Origin: the human T2T-CHM13v2.0 reference genome, Homo sapiens | Assembly: GCF_009914755.1 (NCBI RefSeq) | Contig: NC_060941.1 | Direction: 5' to 3' (one strand) | DNA: 64,000 nucleotides | Shown here: piece by piece, positions 35,395 through 53,431 of the stretch | Layout: each line of letters opens with the position of its first letter | How positions within the stretch are numbered: the stretch's first letter is position 1 | Translations under genes and position numbers: made by a program | Notes under the pieces: model-generated | Seen by the model: the letters and a program-made list of their open reading frames with translations, nothing else | What the model was told of the DNA's origin: nothing | Database searches by the model: none

Positions 35395-35509
35395 GAACCC
35401 GTCTCTCAAGCAGCAGCTCTTCTCCTATGCCATTCTTGGCTTTGCCCTGTCTGAGGCCATGGGGCTTTTCTGTTTGATGGTCGCCTTCCTCATCCTCTTC
35501 GCCATGTGA
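35395..35509 (+). CDS. ATP5MC1: ATP5MC1 last coding exon (RNP loop and proton-binding Glu helix)
   Basis: [37 protein letters not shown] with TGA at 35507-35509; total CDS 39+78+179+115 = 411 nt. Confidence 0.98.
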
Positions 35510-35587
35510 GGCTCCATGGGGGGTCACCGGCCTGTTGCTACTGCAACTCCACACCATTCTTGGTGCTGGGGTGTGTTAAGCTTTACC

Positions 35588-35593
35588 ATTAAA
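35588..35593 (+). terminator. ATP5MC1: ATP5MC1 poly(A) signal ATTAAA
   Basis: About 80 nt after the stop codon and followed by a GU/U-rich element (tgtctgtgcctctgt). Confidence 0.8.
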
Positions 35594-35823
35594 CACAACG
35601 TTTCTCTAAACCCCTGTCTGTGCCTCTGTCCTTTGACCTTCAGGAGGGCCTTGGTAGAAGGGTGAGGAGAGGGAATTTGCTCAGCCATGGGTGATGGGAA
35701 CTCCTCAGGGCTGAGAAGGAGCACTGCCATGACTGTAAGAACAGAGGGTTCTCATGTTCTCCCAGGAGGAATATGGGTTTGTCTGAGTAATGAGATTTTT
35801 GCCTTTTCCCTTCAGATTTATTA

Positions 35824-36163
35824 CAGTTGGCCATCTGTATCCATAGGTTCCATATTTGTGGATTCAACTAACAGTAGACAGAAAATATTCAGGGAAAAAA
35901 GTGAATGGTTGTGTCTGTACTGCACAAGTACAGGCTTTTTTTTTCTTGTCATTATTCCCTAAACAATACAGTATAGCCATTATTTATATAGCATTTACCT
36001 AGTATTTAGGTATTGTAAGTAATCTAGAGATGATTTAAAGTATATGGGAGGATGTGCATAGGTTATATGCAAATACTACACCATTTTATATAAGGGACTT
36101 GAGCATCTGTGGTATCCACTGGGGTCCTGGAGCCAATCTCCCACAGATACCAAAGGATAACTG
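35824..36163. mobile_element. MER2-like (TcMar-Tigger) DNA transposon fossil
   Basis: TA-flanked cagttgg..ctgtatcc / gatacc..aactg ends; internal MER2 motif gtaatctagagatgatttaaagtat. Confidence 0.8.
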
Positions 36164-36600
36164 TAACAACTGCATATTAATAGGTTACATTTTTGAAGGG
36201 CTTAATTTACACCAAGCATTTTACATTCGTTATCTCAACAACCCTAAGAGTTATAAGCACAACTTTAAAACTGTTTTGCAAATGACAGACCCAGGGTTTG
36301 GGGAAGCAAAATAACTTATCCAGTATCACAGAGCTAGTAAGTGGCAGATTGGGGATTTCTCCCCCAGGCCAGCTTAAACCTTAACTGCACTGTTGTCCTA
36401 TCTATTTTCTTTTTTTTTTTTTTTTGTCCCATCTATTTTCATTCTGGTCACACAACAATTAATGTGGCACAGAAAGGGAAACTTAGTCCCAAAGAAGTTG
36501 TATAGCAGGTGAAAGGTAGAGGTAGGCTTCTATCTGCCTGTGTTTAGCCCCATTTGTAGGTTTCATTTTCACTATCAATTAGCCTTTCTCAGAGTATCTA

Positions 36601-36965
<365 letters not shown>

Positions 36966-37952
36966 TCAAAAAAAAAAAAAAAAAGATGATTTGGGGGCGT
37001 GTGCCAAATAATGAATTCCATAAAGAGCTTCGTCCAGCATCTTCCTTGGGTTCTCAAAGTCTATGCCCACCAGTCTTGCCCCTCTTGGCTAAAGTGGGAC
37101 TGATAACCCATGTAAAATTAGCTAAGTTGACATATCAACAGTTGCTGCTTCTCTAAGTCCTTGCAGGAGCAAGCCATGGACAGAGAACTCATGCAAAGAT
37201 GCTGGGAACGTGGTCTGTCTCAAATTGGATGGCTTCAAAAGGAGTAGTAACGTAAAGTGGGATCCATTCTGTGAAAACTTTATACCTCAACTGCAAAATG
37301 TGAAATAGTGAAACCAAGAAAATATCTAATTGGTGTTAAGAACACCTTCTAACTGAAAGGCAACTAGCAAAGAGGGTTAAAACATACAGAAAATTTGGAT
37401 TCCATTTACGTGCAATTTAAAGACAGTCATGTAGGTATTTAAGCATCTTCCTAGGGACCTTAGGGGAAGCAAAGAAATCTAATTCTAATGTCCTTGCCCT
37501 CAAGGAGTTTGGGGCACCAACAGAGTAGAAATAAGTACACCATGCCCTACCTCATTGTATATGTGGGTACATGAGCTATGTGCTATAGAAGTTCCCAGAG
37601 GAAAAAGGAGGCTGGTGTGAGTTATAATAATGTGGGCTAACATTTGAGCACCTGTGTGTCATGCACAATGCTAAGCACTTTCCACGATTAACTTCCAACA
37701 TCCCTATAGAATAAGTCAGTTTACAGGTAAGTAAGCAAATGAAGAGGCTCAGAGAGGTGAGGCATTCTGCCTAAATTCTACTAAACCACAGCTGGTTAGT
37801 AAAGCTGGGATTCAAACTCCAGAACCTGTGTTCTTAGCTTTGTGCTGACTCATCTGAGGTTTGCACAAGTGTGGTGACTTGCCCAAGGTCATAGAGCATG
37901 CCAATGATTCGAATCCCAGTCTGACATTTATACAATCATGGCGTTTCTACCC

Positions 37953-38175
37953 CAGGATTTCTTGACCTTGGCATATCTGGGGCCAGGTAATTCATTGTTG
38001 TGGAGGGGACTCCCTCGTGTAGTGTATGTTTAGCGGCATCCCTAACCTCTACCCGTTCAATGTCAGTAGCAACTGACATCCCCACCCAAGTTGTGACGAC
38101 AAATTGCCAAATGTCAGAATGTTGACAAATGCCCCCTGGCTGGGGGGCAAAATCATGCCCAGTTGAGAGCTACTG
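37953..38175 (-). mobile_element. MER20 (hAT-Charlie)
   Basis: Reverse complement matches recalled MER20 (cagtagctctcaact..gattttgcccccca..gctactgacat..ggtagagg..ggatgccgctaaaca); degenerate 8-bp TSD ttctaccc/gtctacca. Confidence 0.8.
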
Positions 38176-38524
38176 GTCTACCACAATCTGCTGCATCTCC
38201 TCAGCCTTTTCACCTTAAGAAACTCCCTCAAGTTTGCCCACAACAAGCCAGTGACAACCAGAAGCAAAGCCCAGGAATCTCACGGCTGAATAGGAAATGG
38301 AACTGAGGTTAAACTGGTGACTGATGTTTCACCAAGAGAGCAATGGATTAACTGGTAATGCTGTTACACAAACAGAATGGCACAGCTGGCTTCCTACCAG
38401 GTCACTTCCTACCACCTCCAGTGGCAATCAAGAAGCAGCCCCCAGGGAAGGTGGTTGCTCTATCTTTCCTGTGAAATTCCAGGAATCCAGTTTTTGCCAA
38501 GAGGCTGGTAAGAATTTCCTGCTC

Positions 38525-38941
<417 letters not shown>

Positions 38942-38970
38942 CTACCACCTTCAGAAGTCGACCTGTGGCG

Positions 38971-39345
<375 letters not shown>

Positions 39346-39489
39346 TGAAATGCCACTGGGACTGGTCGAATGAGACACCTAAAAGCTGTATACCACAGAT
39401 TCAGGCATGGATTTCGTGAAGAAACAACACCTAAACACAAAAGGGCAGCTGTTGCAGCATCCGAGTCATCTTAACAATTTCAACCGATA

Positions 39490-39799
<310 letters not shown>

Positions 39800-40287
39800 T
39801 TAGTCATGCAATAAATATTCTGTTTTTTTAAAATAATAATAAAAATTTAAAAAGAATTTCCCTTCATGAAGGGCTCCAAACAGCCTTGGAATGGCTGCAT
39901 TTATAAACTCAAGTCAGCAGAATTGGGAATGTGGTTGGTGGGCCCACGGAGTCCAGGAGAGTCAGGGGAGAATGCTTCCTTACCCCCTACCAAGCTAGTT
40001 AGTCCCAGAACTTTATCATTAAGGTTCTTTATCTAGGGTCTATGGACTGGTCCATAGATGAGACCATTTTGTTTAGTGTAAAATATTTTTAGTGGATACA
40101 GCAATGCATTGTTCTTGGGAGAGGGCCCATTGTATTCATTATATTCTCAGAGGAATAGTGAGCAGAAAACAATTAGCAACCATCACCTTAAGAGTTCAGC
40201 AATGGTGGCAAAGAGAGGGAATTAACGGGATAACACATAACAGATTAAATTATTAAAAACAGATGTCATGGCTGGCACGGTAGCTCA

Positions 40288-40615
<328 letters not shown>

Positions 40616-41445
40616 TTATTCTCTTTAGTGTAAGGTTTATGACATGGTGGGAATTCTTTTTCATTTATCCCTGGCATTTAACCAAGACAAAAGGCTGGGC
40701 CCTGGAGGTCTACCCCAGAGGGCCATAGGACCCAGGATTTTAGGGAAGGGAAGGAGAAGGATCTTCATGGTGTATCTTCTCAGAGGATTGAGGCACAGCA
40801 GAGACCTGAACCCCAGGACACTTGCTAATGCCTGTCAGATGGAGGGCACTTGCCTAGGTGCCACGAGCGACGTGCTACCAAACCTTGTTGCACCAAGAGA
40901 CAGCCCAATGCACTGTAGTCAGTGCTAAGGAGAGAGAGGCTTTGATCCAGGTTCCTGAGTTCCACTCAGTTGTGTCAATTACCTCTGAGGGTATGGAAGT
41001 GGCTCCAAGGATGCACATGTTTGCCCTCTGCCCAAGCTGCCAGGGGAAAGCAGCTAAGTGTTGGCCTTGAAAAAGTGAGCACGGAACTAAGAAGCACCAG
41101 CTTATGTTCTGCTCCCTCTGTCTGGCCCTTCCTCTCTCCCCCAGCTTAGAGGCCTCCCAGAGGTAGTTAACTGGTCCTTTAAGCAGCTGCCATCCCCTGC
41201 AGCCCTTCAGGCCCTGACTTGCAGGTTCTCTGTGCAAGCTTGGCTCAGCCTTTTTGGAAATATAATAGGTATAATACTGTTAAAATGAGGATACTGGAGG
41301 AAAAAAGAAGAAAAAATAAGCATGGCAGAGGAAGTAAATGCTAAGATATATAGCTGCCAAGCATGGTGGCTCATGCTTATAATCCCAACACTTTGGGAGG
41401 CTGAGGCGGGACAGTCATTTGAGGCCGGGAGTTCAAGACCAGCTG

Positions 41446-42218
<773 letters not shown>

Positions 42219-42623
42219 TGAATGTCAGGTCCAAGTGATAGAAAGATAGGTGCCCCCATGCTTCTTGCCCAGGAGGAGGTCATATCTAGTGGCCAGAGGG
42301 ATGAGTAAAAAGCCATTAAAATAAAAAGTAGTGCATGTTATAATAAAGGTATGAGTAATCAGCCATGAGAACCAGAGGAGGGAGTAATTAAAAATAATAA
42401 TAATAATATGCCTGGAAGTGTCAGTGTTTAGCAGAGAAAGTAATATTCCAGCCAGCCTTGAAGAATGAGTAAGAATAATAAGAGTTAATAATTATTGAAC
42501 ATTTCCAGTGACCAGGCATTGTATACATTCATTATCACATGATCTTAGTAGCTACTATTATTTTCTCAATTTTGCTGATGAAGAGCAGAGGTTCATAGAG
42601 CTTAAACAACTAGGATTTCCCTA

Positions 42624-43114
<491 letters not shown>

Positions 43115-43468
43115 TCACTATTCTATATTGCAAAATATAGGCTGCAAAAATAGGCTTCAAAGAAGGTAAGAGATGCAGATTAAAAACCTGAACCTCCATC
43201 TAAATCTAAGGTAAGGGTTTTCTGTTCATTGCCCCATCACTACCAGACCTTGTACTTGAAAATAATGGTCCAGTGGTGAGATACACTGAGGAATCCCCTC
43301 ACCCCATGGGCCACCTCTGGGCCTTTGTATTCTGTAGCTATGGAGGAGCTATGGAATAGTGTTTTTCTTTGTATGAGGTTACCAAGCAAACTGACCTTTG
43401 ACCACCTTACTGAATAAATAATAATCAAGCAAAATTCTGGAGTCCTTTTTTTTTTTTTTTTTTTTTGA

Positions 43469-43891
<423 letters not shown>

Positions 43892-45226
43892 TGATCCACC
43901 CACTTCAGCCTCCCAAAGTGCTGGGATTACAGGCATGAGCCACCGCACCCAGCTGGCAACCACTGTTAACATTTTCTTGGGTATCCTCTTTTTTTTTTTT
44001 TTTTTTTGAGACAGTCTCACTCTGTTGCCCAGGTTGGAGTGAAACAACACGATCTCAGCTCACTGCAACCTCTGCCTCCCAAGTTCAAGCAATTCTCCTG
44101 CCTCAGCAGGAGTAGCTGGGATTACAGGCGCCTGCTGCCATGACCAGCTAATTTTTGTATTTTTAGTTTAGACGAGGTTTCACCATGTTGGCTAGGCTGG
44201 TCTCGAACTCCTGACCTCAGGTGATCCACCTCAGCCTCCCAAAGTACTGGGAGTACAGGATGAGCCACCACTCCCGGCCTTGTGTATCCTTTTATAGATA
44301 TTCTGGCATCTTTATTATGCTGATAAAACACTATACCAACAAAACGCAAAATCTGCATAAAATACTATATTGATTCATTTCATTTCATGTTGCGCCTAAG
44401 CTGTGCCATGCCCTGTGCTGGATTCACATATAATACATTGTCTAGAGCCCCAAGGGTGTACACGTTGTGTGCGTATGTGTGTTAAGAGGGGATGGGGATG
44501 CTTATACCTGTAATCCCAGCACTTGGGAGGCTGAGTGGGGTGGATCACTTGAGATTAGGAGTTCGAGACCAGCATGGCCAACAGGGCGAAACCCAGTCTC
44601 TATTAAAAATATAAAAAGCAGCTGGGCATGGTGGCCCACACTTTACAAAAACTTCTGGAAATGTCATAGTTAATCCTCTGGGAAACTTTGAGAGGTAGGA
44701 ATTACTGAAAATACAAAATTAGCCGGACGTGGTGTAGTCCCAACTACTCAGGAGGCTGAGGCACAAGAATCCCTTGAAACTGGGAGGCAGGGTTGCAGTG
44801 AGCTGAGATCAGGCCACCGCACTCCAGTCTGGGTGACAGAGCAAGACTCCCTCTCACAGAAAAAAAAAAGGGGGGGGGGGTGGGGGCAACAGGTACCAAG
44901 GGACCATAATTAGTACAAGGTAAAATATAAGTGTGGGAGTGTCACGTAGTGGTTAGCACTTGTTCTCAGAAGTCAGATTTGGTTTACAGTCCCAATTATG
45001 CGACTTGCTCTCAGCATGACCCCATGTAATTCACTGAACCTCTGTAAGTCTGTTTTTCCATCTATCAGACCAGATTAATAATAGTACCTAAGGCCAGGTG
45101 CGGTGGCTTACGCCTGTAATCCCAGCACTTTGGGAGGCCAAGGCGGATGGATCATAAGGTCAGGAGTTCAAGACCATCCTGGCTAACACAGTGAAACCCC
45201 ATCTCTACAAAAAATATAAAAAATTA

Positions 45227-45412
<186 letters not shown>

Positions 45413-46008
45413 TCACTGAGTGTTGAAAGGAATAAAGCCAAAGTATACAAAATGCCTGCCACATATTAAACACTCAATAAATGTCTGCTAAAAAAATAAT
45501 TTTTTAGGCCAAGCACGGTGGCTGACGCCTGTAATCCCGAGCACTTTAGGAGGCCAAGGCGGAAGGACTGCTTGAGCCCAGAAGTTCGAGACCAACCTGG
45601 GCAACATGGTGAAACCTCGCTTCTACAGAAAAATACAAAAATTAGCCGGGCATCGTGGCACGTGTCTGTAATCCCAGCTACTTGGAGGGCTGAGGCAGAG
45701 GTTGCAGTGAGTTGTGATCCCATCACTGCACTCCAGTCTGGGTGACAGAGCAAGACCCTGTCTCAAAACAAATCAATCTTTAGCTCTCCATAAATCTTGG
45801 TCATTATCCTTCAGGTCTGCATTCCATTACTGTAAATTCATAAAACTCTAAAAGGCAGGAAGGGTGGGGTGGGTGGATGACTTCTGTAATCCCAGCACTT
45901 TGGGAGACCGAGAAGGGCGGATGACTTGATCCAACTCCAAAAGGAGTTGGAGACCTTCCTGGCCAACATGGTGAAACCTCGCCTCTACTAAAAAAATACA
46001 AAAAATTA

Positions 46009-46302
<294 letters not shown>

Positions 46303-46621
46303 TCACTGCAACTTCTCCTTCCCGGGTTCAAGTGATTCTTCTGTCTCAGCCTCCTGAGTAGTTGGGACTACAGGCGCCTGCCAACACACCCGGCTAATTT
46401 TTGTATTTTTAGTAGAGACGGGGTTTCACCATATTGGTCAAGCTGGTCTCGAACTCCTTACCTCAGGTGATCCACCCACCTCGGCCTCCCAAATTGTTGG
46501 GATTACAGACGTGAGCCACCGTGCCCGGCCCAGACTTCTTTTTTAAAAAACCAAACTTGGTGGCAAAACATCCAAAGTGAGGCTATTCATTTGACTTGGT
46601 ACGAATGTTCATACACTTTGA

Positions 46622-46960
<339 letters not shown>

Positions 46961-47849
46961 TAGCCAGGATGGTCTTGATCTCCTGACCTAGTGATCCGCC
47001 CGCCTCAGCCTCCCAAAGTGCTGGGATTACAGGCATGAGCCACCGCGCCCGGCAAGGAAAAACAGTTTTTTAGGAAGGCCCCTGTCATTCTTAGTCCATA
47101 GGAATTTTTTTTTTTTTTTTTTTGAGACGGAGTCTGGCTCTGTCGCCCAGGCTGGAGTGCAGTGGCGTGATCTCAACTCACTGCAAACTCCGCCTCCCGG
47201 GTTCAAGTGATCCACCTGCCTAAGCCTCCTGAGTAGCTGGGACTACAGGTGCACGCCACCACGCCCGGCTAATTTTTGTATTTTTAATAGAGGCGGGGTT
47301 TCACCATGTTAGGCTGGTCTCGAACTCCTAACCTCGTGATTCGCCCACCTCGGCCTCCCAAAGTGCTGGGATTACAGGCGTGAGCCACCGAGCCTGGCAG
47401 ATTATTTTTCACTTTAAACATTTTAGGAAAGACCCAAAGAATCCTCAGGGTTTACACTCACAGTACCTCGATTCCTGTATATTCCAAGATTTGTGGGAAG
47501 AAAAAGTACTAAGCTTGGAGTCAGGAGGCCTGATGTTTCTTCCTTTCACCAAGCTTCTCTAGTTCTGTTTCATTATCCCCATGGCAACAACTAGCAACAG
47601 TGACTGGCATTTAGTAGGCCCTTCATAAATATATGTTGAATAAACTCTAAAAGAGGTAGCTTTTCATTCCAAGTTGAGTTCTCTCTTGGTCCTGTTGCAG
47701 GCAAGGGCAATGGTACCCTGCCCTAGGTGCACAAGTGTGCAGGAGGGATCAATCGCAGAGCCTTTCCGAGAGAAGGGGCCCAAAGCGAGTCAACTTCTCT
47801 ACTGAGCTTCCCATGAGGATGCTGGATCCCCAATCCTAACCATGCAGAC

Positions 47850-48900
47850 GTCTGAGGGTCGCCGCCATTAACGGGAATGATATGGCCCTTCCTCCCCCAC
47901 TCCCTCCTCTCTTCTCCCCTTTCAACACTTGAATTGGGCTCTCCGCTACTTCCGCACAGCGCAGGACCCACACGAGCCCAGAACCATCACGGCCTGCTAG
48001 TTCCCACCCCTCCCGTCCTGGAGGACCGTAGGTGGACGCTCTTGCAGAGCGCCTCTCGCTGGTTGGGGCGGGGGTGGGCGGAGCCAGCACCGTCTGGGCT
48101 GTGGAAGCGGAGGGGTGGGGACACTCTGGCCCGGTTCTCGGTGGTGCGGGAGCGGGCGGGAGCAGCGGCCGCTCTGGTCGGCGGACGTGCTGCCGAGTAG
48201 TCCCGGAAGCGAAGCAGCGATGGCGGAGAGTCCGACTGAGGAGGCGGCAACGGCGGGCGCCGGGGCGGCGGGCCCCGGGGCGAGCAGCGTTGCTGGTGTT
48301 GTTGGCGTTAGCGGCAGCGGCGGCGGGTTCGGGCCGCCTTTCCTGCCGGATGTGTGGGCGGCGGCGGCGGCAGCGGGCGGGGCCGGGGGCCCGGGGAGCG
48401 GCCTGGCTCCGCTGCCCGGGCTCCCGCCCTCAGCCGCTGCCCACGGGGCCGCGCTGCTTAGCCACTGGGACCCCACGCTCAGCTCCGACTGGGACGGCGA
48501 GCGCACCGCGCCGCAGTGTCTACTCCGGATCAAGCGGTGAGCCGGGGTTTTTCCTCCCCCAGCCCCGAGCTCCGGGGCTCGACCTTCCCCGCCCCCCACC
48601 CTCTCCCACTACAACTCACCCCCCACCCACTGCGCTGCCCTCGCGGCGGCCCACCTCCACGGCCCAAATCTTGCCAGCTCCGGGCGTCGGGATCCAACTC
48701 CCTTCTCCCCCCACCCTCAGACCCGCAAGCACCAACCCCCGCCTCGTGTGCCCAGATCCGACCCCGCCCCTCGACAACCTCCCGTGAGCCCTCCGTCTCC
48801 ATTCCGGCCACCCTCCCCCACACCTCCCACCTCCGGGTGGAAACCCGACCCTTTAGCGCTTCAGTAACGCCCCCTCCCGCCTTCGGCGCCGCCCCTATTT
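47850..48900. promoter_or_regulatory. UBE2Z: UBE2Z CpG island and promoter
   Basis: Very CpG-rich. GC boxes GGGGCGGGG at 48065-48073 and TGGGCGGAG at 48075-48083; ETS motifs CCGGAAG at 48203-48209 and ACTTCCG at 47948-47954. Confidence 0.9.
48220..48536 (+). CDS. UBE2Z: UBE2Z (USE1, UBA6-specific E2) coding exon 1
   Basis: GCGATGG start; [20 protein letters not shown]...[23 protein letters not shown](R); GTGAGC donor at 48537; 317 nt. Confidence 0.97.
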
Positions 48901-50523
48901 CCCCTTCCCCACCCCAACCTTGCTAGATGCTGCCCGCAGGCCCCACCCATCGGTCCCCTCTCTTCTCCTTTGGAGCCCCGTTCCTAACACAGACGAACTC
49001 AGCTTCCTTTGCCATGCCTCTGACTCGAGCCAACCTTTCTTTTTATCCTCCGTTTTTCTCAGATTCCCTCCACACAGTCTTTTCCCAGGTCTAGATCGCT
49101 TCCCTCGCCCCAATCTTTCCTTGAACCCCTTTTCCAGTGTCCCAAAGCTGTCCACTCTTACGCCTCTTCCAGAAACACAGGCTACCTCCCCCCAATTCCC
49201 CAGTGCCACTCTGGATTGTAATATCCCACTCAGGAGCTTCTTTCTTGTAATTTCCCTCCCCCCACCCCCCACCCTCCCCGGGTCGTCTGTTTTACTTCTA
49301 TGAAGCAAATATACTCATCAAATATAGGAACAAAGGCCTAAGTCCTTTCTGTGCTTATTTCTTGGGTGACTGATCTTAGATCCTATCATTTAGTAGATGA
49401 TGTTTTCCAGAAGCACATAGAATAGTACCTATCGCATAAGAAAAGGGCAGTGCTCTTTAGCTATTAATCCTGAAACCTGTTTGACTTCTCCCCATGCCCC
49501 CATCACAAGCATCTTCGTTTAGTTCTTATTCCCCATGTTCCACGTCCTTTCAGATGTCTCTGTGTCTACTTTTCAAGGTTGTAATAAAAATTAATATAAT
49601 GTGTGTAAAGTACCTGGCACAGTGCCTGACACAGGAGGTCAACTGTGGAGGGATTGCCACCTCTAACTGAAACTCAGCACTCAACTCTTTTCCTCCTCCA
49701 GCCATTTCAGTCATCCAATTCTGACATACCTTTGAGTTTGGCCAATGCTTTCCTCTGCTTTGTCGCCTATTTGCCCTTTTTATGTCCCTACCCACCCTAG
49801 CAAGTCCCTAGGCTTTTCGCCACCTAGAATGTTCTTTAGCCCCTTGCTCTCAACTGATCCATTCCAGTTGGTGAGATATGAGTCAGAAATCTTATCTCCT
49901 ATGGAAGTCCACATGTCATCTTCCAGATGGGAGATTCTTAGCAATTTCTGAGGATCCCTCCCCAGCCTGAAGAGATCTCTACCCTGAGACACCCCTGGGC
50001 AAGAAGGCCACCATGATAATCTTACTCTCTGCTGGCTGGCTTGCTTCATACAATCCCCTTACCAATAAAGGTCCACTGTATAGTTTATAGAATTAGTTTT
50101 TTAGTGGAGTTGATGATGCCTTTCCAGTTACTAAAAAATCTTCATTTAGCATTCAGTCGTAGTACCTGGGAATCATGGAGGTGGGGAGTGAATGAATTGC
50201 CATGTGGGAGGAAGTGAGAGTAAGTGGAAAGTGGCTTTTCCAGGCTGACATTTGATGCCATTGGGATCTCTGATTTTTTTCCTCTCTCCCTCCCCTCCCC
50301 CTGAGGAAACAATGCCCTTTTGATAATAATTTGCTCTCTGCCTGCCTGACAAGTACTCAGCTGAGATTTCTCAGCCAACAAGACAGTACAAACACTTGCG
50401 GTACCAAGCACCACTTTCTCAAACCCTGGCCTCATTGAGGTGATAACAACTGTCCTGCTCAAGGGATTCCCCCTTTCCCCCTCTTCCTCACTCCTTCCCT
50501 CACCTCCTCTTGGTGTTATACAG

Positions 50524-50596
50524 GGATATCATGTCCATTTATAAGGAGCCTCCTCCAGGAATGTTCGTTGTACCTGATACTGTTGACATGACTAAG
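50524..50596 (+). CDS. UBE2Z: UBE2Z coding exon 2
   Basis: [24 protein letters not shown]; cag/GTATGT boundaries; 73 nt. Confidence 0.96.
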
Positions 50597-52547
50597 GTAT
50601 GTAACTTGATGGGGGTTTGGGGGGTTTTGGGAAATTGGGGGCCATAAGGTTGCAAAAGCCTAAAAGAGATTATTCAGCTCACCTCTCCGATTACACAGAT
50701 GAAGAAATCAAGACCCCAGGAGAGTAAGTGGCTTGTCCAAGGTCACATAGTGAGGTGGAGCAGCACTTTGAAGAGGTGTCTGTTATTAGTGTACCCCATA
50801 GGTACTGATTGGCTTGGAAAATCCCAGTTCATGTCTGTTGTCGCAGCTTGACTATTTATAGGGCATTCTTTCACTCTCAAAAATGCTCCTGTTTGGATAA
50901 TAAATTATATGGTCACCCTATCCATTGTACTACCCAGCTCTTCCCCCATCCCGTTACTCTTGACATTAACTATGCTATGGTACTATAAATCAGATGTAGG
51001 GAAGGTTGGGAATAGGGCAAGCTTGACTGAAGTGTTTGTGGTTAAAGGACTTTGCTCAGGATCCTGTCCTTACTGGTTGCGTTTAAGTATCCCTTCCACC
51101 CCAAAGACTATACCTCTCTTGTCCTCCTCTCAGAGAGAAAGCTTAATACATAATGTCACATTTCTCTGGCATAGATACCTAGGTTTCTCTGTCACTGAAT
51201 GCTCTACCCACAGAAGTGCAGTTGCACTTAAACTGATGTTAGAAAGAAATCATATTTCCTAAACCTAATGCTGTTTAAGTGAAACACATAGTTTTCTTAC
51301 AGTAAATTTCTTACAGTAAAAATTCAGATTTTGTATTGTTGGTGTATCTTTTTTTGTTGTTTTGAATAGATTTCCCTTCATATTTTTTTTTTATGTAGTT
51401 AGAAATGTTTTTCCTAGGACATCTCGTCCTCAGTCAAGTACCAGTGTTAATAGCCTAGTACCTGGGGTCCCAGAGTTGATGCCATGTTGAGACCAGTTGA
51501 GTTTACTGTTCCAAATGACTGAGAGCCAGAATATGACGTAGGGTCTTGCCAGGAGGGCAAGGTGGGAACTATAGACTTAGGCATTGGATTGCCACGTCCC
51601 TTTCCTTTTGCTGTTCAAATGCTTAGCAGACCTAAATGCCTAGGAGCCTTTGTGGAAGAAGAAATATAACTGAGTCAGTTCAGGTTTTCCTCCCTTCAGG
51701 GGGGGAAATCCTGTTGAAGAATTATGGCTTGAGGGGGAAGAGAATTTAGTGTCGTTTTCAGGACGGCTGATTTTTTTTTTTTTTTTTTTTAAACAGTATT
51801 GGGGAAAGTTCTGGGACTGGTCTAATGGCTCTGAGTGGACCCTGAGTCTTCCCCATTTTCAGTCATGATGTGCTGCCTGAGCCACATCCTCCACAATAGG
51901 TTTGATCCTCTGCAGAGGAAGCAAGCAGATACCCTAGGCATCCATCACACCCCCTAACCCTGCTGTGTTACTGGCACTGGGCTGTGGCCTCCAATCCCTT
52001 TCTTCGTCTCCTTTCATCATACTTTCCCTTCGTGCCACATAAATGTAGGGTGGGGTTGCATCATATGCATGTTTGGCCTGGGCAAATCCAAACATATATT
52101 CAGTCAAAATCTGTGTCGATTTCTCAAAATTAAAAACGCTAGGGTTATATTTTATAGATAAGCATATTATATTTTTCCACAGTGGTGTTTTATCCATTAT
52201 ATGTAACACTGATCAGGGAGGTCTGCACAAAAAAAAAAAATGCTTTAAGAGAGTTTTAGGGGATACTCAAGAGTGATTTTGACTAGATTCAGTTTTCGCC
52301 TTGGGCTCTAACTTTAGAAGTAACCCCTGAGTAAGATGTCATTCCACTGTAATGAGATTTCTTAAAATTCCAAACCTACGTATTAGTATGAGTGAATACA
52401 GGATGTTCCTTCTGCATGGTGAGGATGTAGAACATGTGTACCAGATTATGGACTCTGCTTCTGGTGTGGGTAGTAGGTGGAGGGTAGCCAGGAGGGCTTG
52501 GGGTGGGTCATCACCTCACAATTTTGAGATGGGGTTTTATTTTGCAG

Positions 52548-52735
52548 ATTCATGCATTGATCACAGGCCCATTTGACACTCCTTATGAAGGGGGTTTCTT
52601 CCTGTTCGTGTTTCGGTGTCCGCCCGACTATCCCATCCACCCACCTCGGGTCAAACTGATGACAACGGGCAATAACACAGTGAGGTTTAACCCCAACTTC
52701 TACCGCAATGGGAAAGTCTGCTTGAGTATTCTAGG
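52548..52735 (+). CDS. UBE2Z: UBE2Z coding exon 3 (UBC core, catalytic Cys188)
   Basis: [62 protein letters not shown](G); the Cys falls at codon 188 of the spliced CDS; 188 nt. Confidence 0.98.
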
Positions 52736-52934
52736 GTAAGAGGAGACTTTTAAGTAGCCAAGTCGGTTGTTAGCAGATAATTACTCTAGGTCAGCCTTTA
52801 TCAACCGGAGTCCCTCATCTGAACTACAGAACACAGAAAATGATTGAGTGACTCTTCTCAAATCTCCTCAGGATGGTATGTGACTAGTATCATTCTAGAT
52901 GCAGAGGGGAGAAGTTAATTTATTACAGTGGTAA

Positions 52935-53431
<497 letters not shown>

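Noticed and set aside
48115-48219. In-frame N-terminal extension of UBE2Z
   Set aside because: Begins at a GTG near or upstream of the likely TSS, and the near-cognate codons have weak context. The ATG at 48220 has a strong Kozak and gives the expected Cys188 numbering.
47997-48787. 200-aa antisense and 251-aa alternative-frame ORFs over UBE2Z exon 1
   Set aside because: Stop codons are scarce in a very GC-rich island; starts are poorly supported and the products are low complexity.
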